Shown: positions 23,779 through 32,000 of the stretch, one piece after another | Position numbering within the stretch: position 1 is the first letter of the stretch | Layout of the letters: each line of letters starts with the position of its first letter | From: Candidatus Lokiarchaeum ossiferum | GTDB taxonomy: Archaea > Asgardarchaeota > Lokiarchaeia > Sigyniarchaeales > Promethearchaeaceae | Assembly (NCBI GenBank): GCA_025839675.1 | Contig: CP104013.1 | Location: 4,500,001 to 4,532,000, forward strand | Length of the DNA: 32,000 nt | Direction: 5' to 3' | The notes under the pieces: generated by a model | Seen by the model: the letters and a program-made list of their open reading frames with translations, nothing else | What the model was told of the DNA's origin: nothing | The model's database searches: none | Made by a program: the position numbers and the translations under genes

Positions 23779-23828
23779 ATGTCGATTTTCATCGACATCG
23801 TATGCTAACGAAAACTAGTTTTTCGTTA
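23779..23828. promoter_or_regulatory. two adjacent perfect inverted repeats in the divergent SGNH-hydrolase / ATP-grasp intergenic region
   Basis: IR1 is ATGTCGAT-tttc-ATCGACAT (23779-23798). IR2 is TAACGAAAA-ctagt-TTTTCGTTA (23806-23828). They are 7 nt apart and lie 41-90 nt upstream of ATG 23869. Confidence 0.35.
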
Positions 23829-23868
23829 AGTTTTTCATGCATTTCAAGTTAGTTTTATTGATCAAAAA

Positions 23869-24960
23869 ATGTTTATTGCCGTAATTATTGATGAGAAGCT
23901 TTGGGAAATAAAAAAAACCATTGACAAGAAAAATCAAAAGGAACACAAATCCGAAATTGACAATGAGTTGTTGGAAAAACTTCCAGATGATCAGCGGCAA
24001 ATTATTTCACCTCTCGTAATTCTTCAACAAGCCTTGGAAGAATATGATAACCAGATTGAATATTTAATTCCCAACGAAAATCTTCCTTCATTATTACAAA
24101 TCGGAAAATTTGATTTAATATTTAACACTGCCGGAAAATCCGCCACACAAAATTTACCTGCACATTATATTGCTCTTTTTGATTTAGTACATGTTCCTTT
24201 TATTGGCTCTCCAATGGATTCGGTGAGTATTTGCAAAAATAAGGCTTTATTTAAATCTATACTTCAACTTAATTTCATTGCAACCCCTCGTTTTCAAATG
24301 TTAAAGATTCAAGGGGGAAAATTACCTCCAATCGATCGGAAACTTAAATATCCGTTGTTGGTTAAATTTTTCTATGAAGGAATTCACCAAGATGAAGTTA
24401 CTGATCAATTAGCTCCCAATCCTACGGTTCTTTCCGAGATATTAACAACTTTTACAAAAAAAGTAAAGTTCTCGTATGTAATGATAGAAGAAGTAATCCA
24501 AGGAAGAAAAATATATCTCCCCATCATTGGAAATGACCTGACAGATAATATTCAATTCTTGCCTGCGTTGGAATATCTACTTCCGGAAAATACATCTTTG
24601 GAAGATTCCCTAAAACTACAATACAAAGATCTAAACTTAAAATTTCTCGAAATGACTGAACCTTTAATCAAACGAGCTCGTAAAGTTGCACATAAAGCAT
24701 ATAATTTTTGTAATTGTCGTGATTTTGCCATGGCTGTCTTTTTGGTTGATGAAAAAACACAAAATCTTCTTCTTCATGAAATTAATCCTTTAACTAGTCT
24801 TCTTCCTGATGGAAAATCTGCTTTAGCAGCTAACCATATCGGAATTGAGTATTCTGATTTTCTAAATGATATAATTCTCAACGCATTATTGAGATATGAT
24901 CTCAAAATTCGAGGGAAATATTCAAAACGATTAAAAATTATTAGAAAAATAAGTGATTAG
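23869..24960 (+). CDS. ATP-grasp enzyme, D-alanine--D-alanine-ligase-like (divergent)
   Basis: 363 aa. The Ddl-like layout is present: FDLVHVPFIGSPMDSVSICKNKALFKSIL, YPLLVKF, VMIEEVIQGRKIYLPIIGN, CRDFAMAVFLVD...LLLHEINPLTS and IEYSDFLNDIILNAL. The usual GSS(V/I)G loop after the VKP strand is absent (VKFFYEGIHQDE). Confidence 0.75.
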   Translation: MFIAVIIDEKLWEIKKTIDKKNQKEHKSEIDNELLEKLPDDQRQIISPLVILQQALEEYDNQIEYLIPNENLPSLLQIGKFDLIFNTAGKSATQNLPAHYIALFDLVHVPFIGSPMDSVSICKNKALFKSILQLNFIATPRFQMLKIQGGKLPPIDRKLKYPLLVKFFYEGIHQDEVTDQLAPNPTVLSEILTTFTKKVKFSYVMIEEVIQGRKIYLPIIGNDLTDNIQFLPALEYLLPENTSLEDSLKLQYKDLNLKFLEMTEPLIKRARKVAHKAYNFCNCRDFAMAVFLVDEKTQNLLLHEINPLTSLLPDGKSALAANHIGIEYSDFLNDIILNALLRYDLKIRGKYSKRLKIIRKISD

Positions 24961-25022
24961 GCCTGATTTTTTATTGAATTCATTTTTATCCAAGTATATA
25001 TACTAAAAAAACACTTCTCGGC

Positions 25023-25235
25023 TTATCGAAGTCCCTCATAAGGCTTATTTAATTTTCCATAAAGTGATTTTCCAAGCAAAGCTATTGATTTAAACATCAA
25101 TAATAACCCTGAACCAATGATCATTGTCGCAATTGCAAATATAACACCTCTGTAGAAGACACCAAAGGTTGCTAATTCATTTCGAATAAACATGATCCCT
25201 TCAATAATATTGAAATTTGTTAAAAAATGCCCCAT
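25023..25235 (-). CDS. possible small membrane protein (70 aa)
   Basis: ATG-initiated ORF with one clear hydrophobic helix (VIFAIATMIIGSGLLLMF). It is isolated in a gene-poor stretch. No family motif recognised, so support is weak. Confidence 0.3.
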   Translation of the reverse strand: MGHFLTNFNIIEGIMFIRNELATFGVFYRGVIFAIATMIIGSGLLLMFKSIALLGKSLYGKLNKPYEGLR

Positions 25236-26138
25236 AAGTGAATTAGAAATCTAAGTTAATAAGAAATCTTTATGAGCCCAATTTTTAGCATTGGAAATGT
25301 AGGATAATATCTCGCCAAAAGATCTTATAATTAAACAATTCATCTTAAAAATCTGATTCAAACATCTCGCTTATCTCTAGACGTAATTTTAATGAAAAAA
25401 ATGGCCTAAATTGATTTGTTCTTTGTATAATTTAAAGTACAAAATCTCCTTAAAGTAAATGCGAGAAATATTTTTCCAGCAGACTAAGCCCTTTTTCTCC
25501 AAGTTGTTTTATCTTCTTATCATTTGATTCAATACATTCTTGATAGTAGGAAGGTAAATTTTTGAAATATTGCTGGTTGTCTTCTTCAATTTTCTGGTCT
25601 AAAAGTAGTTGATTGATATTTTGCAATTTCGATTGATACCTCTTTTTTAATTTTATATTATTTTTCAACTATTAATATTGACTATTTTGTCAGATTTCCA
25701 AAAATTTTTTAGAAAGTTCATGAAGTTCATGAAAAACGGAACTACATTAATAATTTTTTTCCCGAATTTTAATAACTTTTTTATAGTCAAAATTTTAATT
25801 TTCTATTAATGGGCCAAGGATGTTTTTTCATCATCTAAGGTTTTGAATTTTGAAAGGGGATTATCATGTTATATTATTATTACAACGAAAAAATTAAAAC
25901 TAGTGGAAGGTTCGCGCATCATGGAAAAAATCATGGCCAAAAGGAGAAAATCGGTTCAAAATCTCAAGATATCAGTCGATCTTCAATTAACTCTAATTCC
26001 AAATCAGATTTATTGTTTTTGGAAGGAATATCTATGACACCTTAAAAATCATCTCATCTATGCTTTGATATTAAAGGTTCATATTTTTCTTCTTCTTGAT
26101 TATTCAACTTTTTTAATTTAATAATATTCTAATTTGTT

Positions 26139-27245
26139 ATGGGTTTATTTCTTTCCAAATTAGCTCACTTATCTATTAAATATTCGTTAAATGTTCAGCC
26201 GGGCCAGAAAGTTCTTATTTCGGGTAATGTAATGGCTCAAGATCTCACATATGCTTTATTTAAAGAAATTTTAGAATCAGGGGCTCATCCAACCATTTAT
26301 CAAAAATTACCTCAAATTGAGGAAATTTTTTATACCTATGCTAGTAAAGAGCAACTCGAATATGTTGATCCCTTCGTAAAACCCTATTCTTTGGATTTTG
26401 ATAAGGAAGTATACATTATGGGTAGTACAAATACACGACAGCTTGAATTAATTGATAGCAATAAAATTTCCACCTTTGAATCGAGTCCTGAGCGTGTTCG
26501 TTTAGATGAATTAGCCGAGAATCGTGTGACTAAAGGTGAATTTCAATGGCTCATCGTACCCTACCCTTGTGAAGCTCTAGCACAAGATGCTGGAATGGGA
26601 TTATTTGCATATCATGAATTTATATCAAATGCTTTGTATTTAAATTATGAAAATCCTGCTGATCAATGGAAGCAAATTGAAGGAGACCAACAAAATTATG
26701 TTGATTATTTAAATCAGGTGGATATTCTACATGTTGTGGGTGAAGATACGGATTTAAAGCTTTCTGTTAAGGGTCGAACATGGGTCAATTGTTGCGGTCA
26801 TGTAAATTTACCTGATGGAGAAGTTTTCACAGGTCCTCTGGAAGATTCAATAAATGGTCATATTCGATTCAGTTTCCCGGGAATATATCAAAGTAAAGAA
26901 ATTGAAAACATTTATTTAGAATTCAAAGAAGGCAAGATTGTGAAAGCAACAGCATCTAAAGGTCAGAAATTGTTAGTTAGTATTTTGAAAATAAAAGGTG
27001 CTAATGGAATTGGCGAATTTGCTATCGGAACCAACTATGGAATTACTAAGTTTTCCAAAAATATGCTCTTTGATGAAAAAATGGGTGGTACCATACATAT
27101 GGCACTAGGAATGGGGTATGGTGAAACGGGGAGCTTATCCAAATCGGCTATACATTGGGATTTATTAAAGGATATGAAATCCCGAGAATCCTACATTGAA
27201 GCTGATGGAAAAATAATTTATCGTGCTGGAAAATGGGAGATATAA
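26139..27245 (+). CDS. aminopeptidase, M29 family (AmpS/PepS/aminopeptidase-T-like)
   Basis: 368 aa. Family pattern: LAHLSIKYSLNVQPGQKVLISGNVMAQDLTYALFKEILESGAHP, NLPDGEVFTGP, GEFAIGTN, DEKMGGTIHMALG and HWDLL. A/T-rich box at 26109-26125 lies upstream of the ATG. Confidence 0.9.
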   Translation: MGLFLSKLAHLSIKYSLNVQPGQKVLISGNVMAQDLTYALFKEILESGAHPTIYQKLPQIEEIFYTYASKEQLEYVDPFVKPYSLDFDKEVYIMGSTNTRQLELIDSNKISTFESSPERVRLDELAENRVTKGEFQWLIVPYPCEALAQDAGMGLFAYHEFISNALYLNYENPADQWKQIEGDQQNYVDYLNQVDILHVVGEDTDLKLSVKGRTWVNCCGHVNLPDGEVFTGPLEDSINGHIRFSFPGIYQSKEIENIYLEFKEGKIVKATASKGQKLLVSILKIKGANGIGEFAIGTNYGITKFSKNMLFDEKMGGTIHMALGMGYGETGSLSKSAIHWDLLKDMKSRESYIEADGKIIYRAGKWEI

Positions 27246-27255
27246 AAAAGGTTTT

Positions 27256-27633
27256 TTAAAGAAAATCGTCCTTGTTGGGAAGATATTGTTCATCTGTGGG
27301 GTAATATTCCTTTCTGGTAGGAGAAAATGTTTCTAATAATTCAGTATCTTCCAAAACTTCTGCACCATGTTTTTCCCATTGATTAAAGATATAACTATCT
27401 CCTGGAACTGCTGTAAATTCTCCTTTCTCGGTGATGAATTTCATCTTTCCTTTAATAATAAATCCATTTTGGGAAAATAAATGGTCATGTAGGGGTATTT
27501 TTGCTCCTTTTTTTAGTATGAAGTGGCATTGAGTCACATCCTCATTGTAGGTCAGAGTTCGAATAAAAATTCCAGGTAAGGCTTCTTTTGGTGAGACATT
27601 TTTAATATTCACAGGTTTTTTCCATGATTCCAT
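27256..27633 (-). CDS. cupin-domain protein
   Basis: 125 aa. Cupin motifs: GAKIPLHDHLFSQNGFIIKGKMKF...VPGDSYIFNQWEKHG. Confidence 0.75.
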   Translation of the reverse strand: MESWKKPVNIKNVSPKEALPGIFIRTLTYNEDVTQCHFILKKGAKIPLHDHLFSQNGFIIKGKMKFITEKGEFTAVPGDSYIFNQWEKHGAEVLEDTELLETFSPTRKEYYPTDEQYLPNKDDFL

Positions 27634-27714
27634 GAATAGCTTAATGCGAGTAACAATAAAAATTTAAAAATTAATCTGGGCGAAAGTTCAAAAACAGATG
27701 CTATCGTGTTATTA

Positions 27715-28791
27715 ATGATGACCAAAAATCGTACTGTTATCATTATTTCTCATATTGAAGATCTTGATGGTTTAGTTTCTGCAGCTCTTGTGAAGAAATA
27801 TTTACTTCTGCAAAATTATTCCCCTTCTTGCATTAACATTCGTTTAACAACATATCCAAATTTACCTAATGAAATTCGCGCTTTATCCAACAGATCCGAC
27901 ACTTTTATTCTTTATATTTTAGATTTGGGTTTAAATTATGAAATATTGTCTGAAATTGAAAAAAATTTTCCTAAAAAAACAGATCCTATGATCCAAACAC
28001 ACGTTTATTTTGATCATCATGAGTTTCCGAACTACCCTCGCTCAATTGAGCAAATTTTAAACAATTATTTCAATATTATTGTTAATCCATCTAGATATAA
28101 GGCAATTGAAAAAGAAGCATCTAATTCTCTTTCAGATATAACACGAAAGTGTACTGCAGACTTGATCTATGAGACTTATCCTTTACTTAAATCTTCTTTT
28201 TGGGACCAACTTGTTTATTATGCCCATTTAATGGATTTTAAAAGCGATAATATTACAATAAATTGTGATATTGCCCAAAACCTTAATCAATACATTTCTT
28301 TTTATCAAAATGATGAAAAAAAAATTTATGATCTTTTAGATTGCATGAATGATCCCATTTCATGGAAGATATTTCTCCAACAATTACCAAAAGCTATGAT
28401 TTCAATTAAGAAATGGTATTCTGATCAGATTTCCCTAATTTCAAAATCAAAAATTCAATCAAAATTTCTCGGGTATTCCGTGATCGCTGCTTGGGCTGAT
28501 TTAAGATCAGGGGAGATAACATCTAATTTGCGTTTATTGTATCCTGAAGTAGATTTAATTTTAGGTTTGTCGGTTCGTGAAAAATATCTGAATATTCGCA
28601 CTTCTAAAGATTTTGCTCATCGTTTGGCAGAAATTTTCGGCGGTGGTGGCCATAAAGATCGTGCGGGCTTTTCATTACCATCGAAATGGGAAAATGTGGT
28701 TCAAAAATATTCTTCTGATTTATTGTTTCCCTCAATTATTTTGGAAGATTTTTTACAGCAATGTACTTCAATTTTAAGAACTGATGGTTAA
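27715..28791 (+). CDS. DHH/DHHA1-family phosphoesterase (NrnA-like)
   Basis: The track ORF starts at GTG 27706. The first ATG is 27715. Motifs are motif I HIEDLDG, motif II ILDLG, motif III FDHHEF, and DHHA1 GGGGHKDRAGF. Confidence 0.85.
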   Translation: MMTKNRTVIIISHIEDLDGLVSAALVKKYLLLQNYSPSCINIRLTTYPNLPNEIRALSNRSDTFILYILDLGLNYEILSEIEKNFPKKTDPMIQTHVYFDHHEFPNYPRSIEQILNNYFNIIVNPSRYKAIEKEASNSLSDITRKCTADLIYETYPLLKSSFWDQLVYYAHLMDFKSDNITINCDIAQNLNQYISFYQNDEKKIYDLLDCMNDPISWKIFLQQLPKAMISIKKWYSDQISLISKSKIQSKFLGYSVIAAWADLRSGEITSNLRLLYPEVDLILGLSVREKYLNIRTSKDFAHRLAEIFGGGGHKDRAGFSLPSKWENVVQKYSSDLLFPSIILEDFLQQCTSILRTDG

Positions 28792-28823
28792 AAATCTACA
28801 ATAGTTAATCTTCTAATATTTCA

Positions 28824-28839
28824 AGGTGATTGAGTTATT
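28824..28839 (+). repeat. 16-nt exact repeat AGGTGATTGAGTTATT, copy 2 (intergenic, between convergent DHH and cheW genes)
   Basis: Identical to 494-509. The flanks share loose similarity (tctaa upstream, caatt downstream). Confidence 0.4.
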
Positions 28840-28883
28840 AACAATTAAATTGGTTTGAGTTTCATGAAGAATTTCTAAGATAA

Positions 28884-29345
28884 TTACTGGAAATCAAAAA
28901 TGCACTGGAATATCTTTGCAAAATTGATCGAAAAAATTGTTTTATTTTGAATATTTATAACGGAATCAATGTATCCCATTTGGATATTTGGAAAACTTAA
29001 ATTGTCGGTTGAGATGGGAAATTTTGGAATATTTTCAAGTAATTTAGATATACGGTCAACTTTAAACCCAAAAATGACATCCCTGAATGAGGCAATGATT
29101 ACTTTAGAAAACTTTTTTTGATTATCCAGCGGTTCAGTTTTAGTTTGAAATAGAATTTTATCAAAATTTATTATTGGGATTAGTTGCTCCCGAAAAATAC
29201 ACAATCCTTCACATTGTGAAATTATGGATGGGGTGGGGGACACTATGATTTTATCTAATATTTCAATTACATTACAAGATTTGATAAAGAAATTGGTCGA
29301 ATTCAACTGGAATGTTAGATAAGAACTTGTTAACATAATGATCAT
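28884..29345 (-). CDS. cheW: chemotaxis coupling protein CheW
   Basis: 153 aa, 13 nt downstream of cheA. CheW-like pattern: YLTFQLNSTNFFIKSCNVIEILD...EGLCIFREQLIPIINFDKIL...VIIASFRDVIFGFKVDRISKL. Confidence 0.8.
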   Translation of the reverse strand: MIIMLTSSYLTFQLNSTNFFIKSCNVIEILDKIIVSPTPSIISQCEGLCIFREQLIPIINFDKILFQTKTEPLDNQKKFSKVIIASFRDVIFGFKVDRISKLLENIPKFPISTDNLSFPNIQMGYIDSVINIQNKTIFSINFAKIFQCIFDFQ

Positions 29346-29358
29346 CTATTGTTGCGAT

Positions 29359-31425
29359 TTAATCCCTTTTTTTTTGTTTATCGTTAAATTTACTTGATTC
29401 TAATACTTTTATCGGGTTGAGGATTAACGAAACAACTCCATTTTTTAAAATTGCTGCTCCTGAAACTCCTTTGATTGATTTTCGAATAAAATCCATTTTT
29501 TTTAATATTACATCTGCTTTTTCAACAACGATATCCACTAACAATCCAATATTTTGGTTTTGATGGTTAATTACGATTATTTTGTTTTCAGTTCTAATTT
29601 TATGCTGGTTTTCACTGGTTTCCTCGTATATATTAAAAAAGTCTCCTAGATCATATATAATCATATCATTGAAGTGTGCAAGATCAGAATTGTCTGAAAA
29701 CTTCCAGGATCCTTGATCAATGGGTGAAATATGTTCTCCATTTACTTCGATTATGCTAGATATAATATCCAAAGGAATGGATATAAATTGGTCATCATTC
29801 TTCACCACTAACACAGAAATTAAAGATTTAGAGAGGGGTATTTTAATAATAAATCGAGTTCCTTCATGCACTACTGTTTCAATTTGAATTTCTCCTCCCA
29901 CTTTCTGAACTGATTCTCTAACAATATTCATTCCCATTCCTCGTCCTGAAATATTGGATATTTCTTTAGCTGTGCTAAAGTTGGGTGCGAAAATCAAATC
30001 AATTATCTCCTCGTTTTTCATTTCATTGAGTTCTTGTTGAGTTTTAATTCCCATCTTAAGAGCTTTTTCGGCAATTTTGGTTGCATCTATGCCCTTTCCA
30101 TCATCTTCAATAATCATTAGAAAATTTCCCCGAGAAATTTTTGTTGTAATGGAAATTTCTCCGGTTGAATTTTTTCCTGCTGCTAATCGTTCTTCTTGTG
30201 ATTCTATTCCATGATCCACAGAATTTCTGAGAAGGTGATTTATGACATTCCCTAATTCAGTTAAAATTTGCTGTTCAATTTTAATATTATTGTGATTAAT
30301 TATGAAATTTATTTCTTTTTGCTTTTGTTTTGCTATATTCCGGACCATACGTGGAAAAATACGCAAAATTTTTGCAATCGGGAGAAGTTGAAGTTCCAGT
30401 ACCGTTCCTTGTAAACTTTCCATAAAACTATGCATTTCAAAAAGCAATTCATGTACAGTTAAATCACCAAAGGTCGATAATTCTGATTCTAATTTTCGCG
30501 ATCTAATAAGTAATTCCATAAACTGTCCATATAATTTGTCCAAAGTGGAAAACTCGACCTCAATTCCTTGAATTCTTTTTAAAGTGTCTTCAACTGCTTT
30601 ACTAGAGACAATAGTCACATCAGTAACCGTTTTCTCTGGAAGTATCGCTTTTTTCACTTCGTCTGCTGAAAGATCCAATACTTCAACTTTTACCACATCC
30701 ATGACTTCAAAAATCATCTTTTGTATTAGATCTGAAGCACTTTCAGTCTGAAAAATGAGCTTAAATTCTGTTTTGAATTTTCCTTGAAAAATAACATCTG
30801 GAGTGGGATGTGAATATATGATTTTACCATACTTTTGAATCTTTTTTGTGATGATCATAACTCGGACTACTTTTGCCGGAGCTTTTTCATTCATAGTTAT
30901 GGTAATTTGCTTGATCGGATTAGATCCGCACTTTTCAGGATTAAATTCTCCAAAATCCACCAGGCCATACTTAGCAAAAATATTTGCTATTTTAGTTTTC
31001 TCTTTCTCTATATCTTCTGCAGGAATCACGATTTTATTGATTTTATTCTCAATTATTTCTACCGAAATCTTTAATTTCTCACTATAATCTGTTCGATTAG
31101 CAATAGCTGTTATACCTTGATCAATAACATCCAATTCATTATAAAAGAAATCTAAAATTTCTTGACTAAATGGAACTTTTCCCTTCTGAATCATGGAGAT
31201 CAGAGATTCCAATTTATGGAAGTATTCTTCAAAATCTTTTAACTCTGATGTTCCTGCCATTCCTTTAAAAGAATGGGCTATGCGGTAAATTTCATTAATT
31301 GGCAAAGGATCTTCCAAATTTTTTTCCAGAATTTGTAATTGCTCTTCCAAAATATCAAAATATTTCTTCGCTTCATGGAAGAACATTTGTAAAAGATCTG
31401 GGTCAATATCATTGTAATTTACCAT
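29359..31425 (-). CDS. cheA: chemotaxis histidine kinase CheA
   Basis: 688 aa.
- HPt/P1 domain with IAHSFKGMAGT.
- Dimerisation region.
- HATPase N box HLLRNSVDHGIE, G1 box EDDGKGID and G2 box GRGMGMNIV.
- C-terminal CheW-like P5 domain.
- GAGG lies 8 nt upstream of the ATG, immediately after the cheY stop. Confidence 0.95.
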   Translation of the reverse strand: MVNYNDIDPDLLQMFFHEAKKYFDILEEQLQILEKNLEDPLPINEIYRIAHSFKGMAGTSELKDFEEYFHKLESLISMIQKGKVPFSQEILDFFYNELDVIDQGITAIANRTDYSEKLKISVEIIENKINKIVIPAEDIEKEKTKIANIFAKYGLVDFGEFNPEKCGSNPIKQITITMNEKAPAKVVRVMIITKKIQKYGKIIYSHPTPDVIFQGKFKTEFKLIFQTESASDLIQKMIFEVMDVVKVEVLDLSADEVKKAILPEKTVTDVTIVSSKAVEDTLKRIQGIEVEFSTLDKLYGQFMELLIRSRKLESELSTFGDLTVHELLFEMHSFMESLQGTVLELQLLPIAKILRIFPRMVRNIAKQKQKEINFIINHNNIKIEQQILTELGNVINHLLRNSVDHGIESQEERLAAGKNSTGEISITTKISRGNFLMIIEDDGKGIDATKIAEKALKMGIKTQQELNEMKNEEIIDLIFAPNFSTAKEISNISGRGMGMNIVRESVQKVGGEIQIETVVHEGTRFIIKIPLSKSLISVLVVKNDDQFISIPLDIISSIIEVNGEHISPIDQGSWKFSDNSDLAHFNDMIIYDLGDFFNIYEETSENQHKIRTENKIIVINHQNQNIGLLVDIVVEKADVILKKMDFIRKSIKGVSGAAILKNGVVSLILNPIKVLESSKFNDKQKKRD

Positions 31426-31440
31426 AAAATATTCCTCTTT

Positions 31441-31806
31441 TTAATTTAAATCAATAATATTTTGGACGGCTTTACAAAGCTGTTCCTTTTTAAAAGGTTT
31501 TACGACAAAATCTTTCGCTCCCAAATCCATTGCTTGCATGATGATTAAATCTGAACCGATCGAACTTACGACGAGAATTTTTGCTTTCGGATCAAATTTC
31601 ATAATCTCTTCAATGGCTTCCAATCCGCTTTTATTGGGCATAGTAAGATCCATTGTAATTAAATCTGGATGATGAGATTTATATAGGGCAATTCCCTCAT
31701 CTCCTGTTTCTCCTTCTCCAACAATTTCCATTTGCAGTTCTTTTAGGATTTTTCCGACAACTTTACGCATAAATTCAGCATCATCAACAATTACAACTGT
31801 TTTCAT
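31441..31806 (-). CDS. cheY: chemotaxis response regulator CheY (single receiver domain)
   Basis: 121 aa. Receiver-domain motifs: VVIVDDAEFMR, DLITMDLTMP (phospho-acceptor Asp), LVVSS and VVKPF. Confidence 0.9.
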   Translation of the reverse strand: MKTVVIVDDAEFMRKVVGKILKELQMEIVGEGETGDEGIALYKSHHPDLITMDLTMPNKSGLEAIEEIMKFDPKAKILVVSSIGSDLIIMQAMDLGAKDFVVKPFKKEQLCKAVQNIIDLN

Positions 31807-31828
31807 CAGTACTCACTTTTATTTTTTT

Positions 31829-32000
31829 TTATGAAAAAAGGTGGTGGTTCATGTTCAATTCATAAAAAAGGGTGTGTTCATCCCATAAAACTTGCTGTAT
31901 TAGCAAACTATTTGGCATATTTTTGAAGAGAATTGGAAGTGGGAATGTTTGAATTAATCCTCTTAAGATTCTTACCTTTTTTCCAATTAAAATTCCTTTC
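31829..32000 (-). CDS. C-terminal fragment of an unidentified upstream gene (possibly part of the che operon)
   Basis: The minus-strand frame is open from the window edge for 56 codons (..KGILIGKKVRILRGLIQTFPLPILFKNMPNSLLIQQVLWDEHTLFYELNMNHHLFS*). The stop TAA at 31829-31831 lies 22 nt before the cheY ATG. An open frame of this length is unlikely by chance in such AT-rich DNA. No family recognised. Confidence 0.35.
   Translation of the reverse strand, partial: KGILIGKKVRILRGLIQTFPLPILFKNMPNSLLIQQVLWDEHTLFYELNMNHHLFS

Noticed and set aside
25450-25668. 72-aa minus-strand ORF, and the 64-aa plus-strand ORF 25843..26037
   Set aside because: Both initiate at TTG in the track. The first has no in-frame ATG at all. 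Neither has a recognisable motif or a convincing promoter or SD context, so I did not call them genes. They are discussed under the gene-poor-region finding.
25716-25733. Tandem direct repeat gttcatgaa x2, considered as a mini origin-recognition-box or iteron
   Set aside because: It has only two 9-nt copies, no further repeats or flanking inverted copies, and no cdc6/orc gene nearby.
1-32000. Scan for tRNA/rRNA genes, CRISPR arrays, transposases or integrases, prophage genes, toxin-antitoxin pairs and known defence-system signatures
   Set aside because: - No GC-rich islands typical of structural RNAs stand out in the AT-rich background.
- I saw no regularly spaced direct repeats.
- No ORF shows DDE, tyrosine- or serine-recombinase, Cas, restriction-modification or nuclease-NTPase defence motifs that I could recognise.

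This was a by-eye negative result, so tRNAscan-SE, Infernal, CRISPR detectors and defence-system HMM scans should confirm it.

Overview
This is a gene-dense, visibly AT-rich chromosomal window (G+C not counted). I support 35 protein-coding genes across both strands. I found no rRNA, tRNA, CRISPR array, transposase, integrase or other mobile-element hallmark.

Expression signals look archaeal:
- A/T-rich TATA-like boxes sit about 25 nt upstream of several start codons, implying leaderless or short-leader mRNAs.
- Genes end in oligo-T tracts rather than GC-rich hairpins.
- GAGG, GGGGAG or GTGAT Shine-Dalgarno-like elements appear only at internal operon genes.

The N/K/I-rich proteins and the domain mix are compatible with an AT-rich archaeon, possibly Asgard or Lokiarchaeia-like. 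That placement is inference only.

Gene content, in order:
- a PAS sensor fragment, a longin/roadblock-like small protein and a helical hypothetical
- an MFS transporter, a membrane protein and a surface-anchored Kelch propeller
- a tandem PhzF pair, a gamma-carbonic-anhydrase-like protein, a tandem CrcB fluoride-channel pair and a basic zinc-ribbon protein
- a polytopic permease, an MBL-fold protein, a small membrane protein and an untracked 57-aa zinc-ribbon ORF
- a second MFS transporter coupled to a neutral-ceramidase-like hydrolase
- a flavin-reductase::GyrI-like fusion facing a PNPOx-family protein
- mtnA and pgi, divergent
- a Cys-rich wHTH-like protein, then a ChlI-type AAA+ ATPase with a PCI-like helical partner
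- an anchored SGNH-like hydrolase, a Ddl-like ATP-grasp enzyme, an M29 aminopeptidase, a cupin and a DHH/DHHA1 phosphoesterase
- a cheY-cheA-cheW operon

Best candidates for something undescribed:
1. The orphan ChlI-like ATPase has a helical-repeat partner with a PCI-like winged-helix end instead of a ChlD/vWA partner.
2. One copy of the PhzF pair has lost the catalytic Glu and His and is flanked by structured intergenic hairpins.
3. The Spinster-like MFS and ceramidase-like genes form an apparent operon.
4. The flavin-reductase::GyrI-like fusion.

All family calls come from motif recognition by eye. No database search was run.
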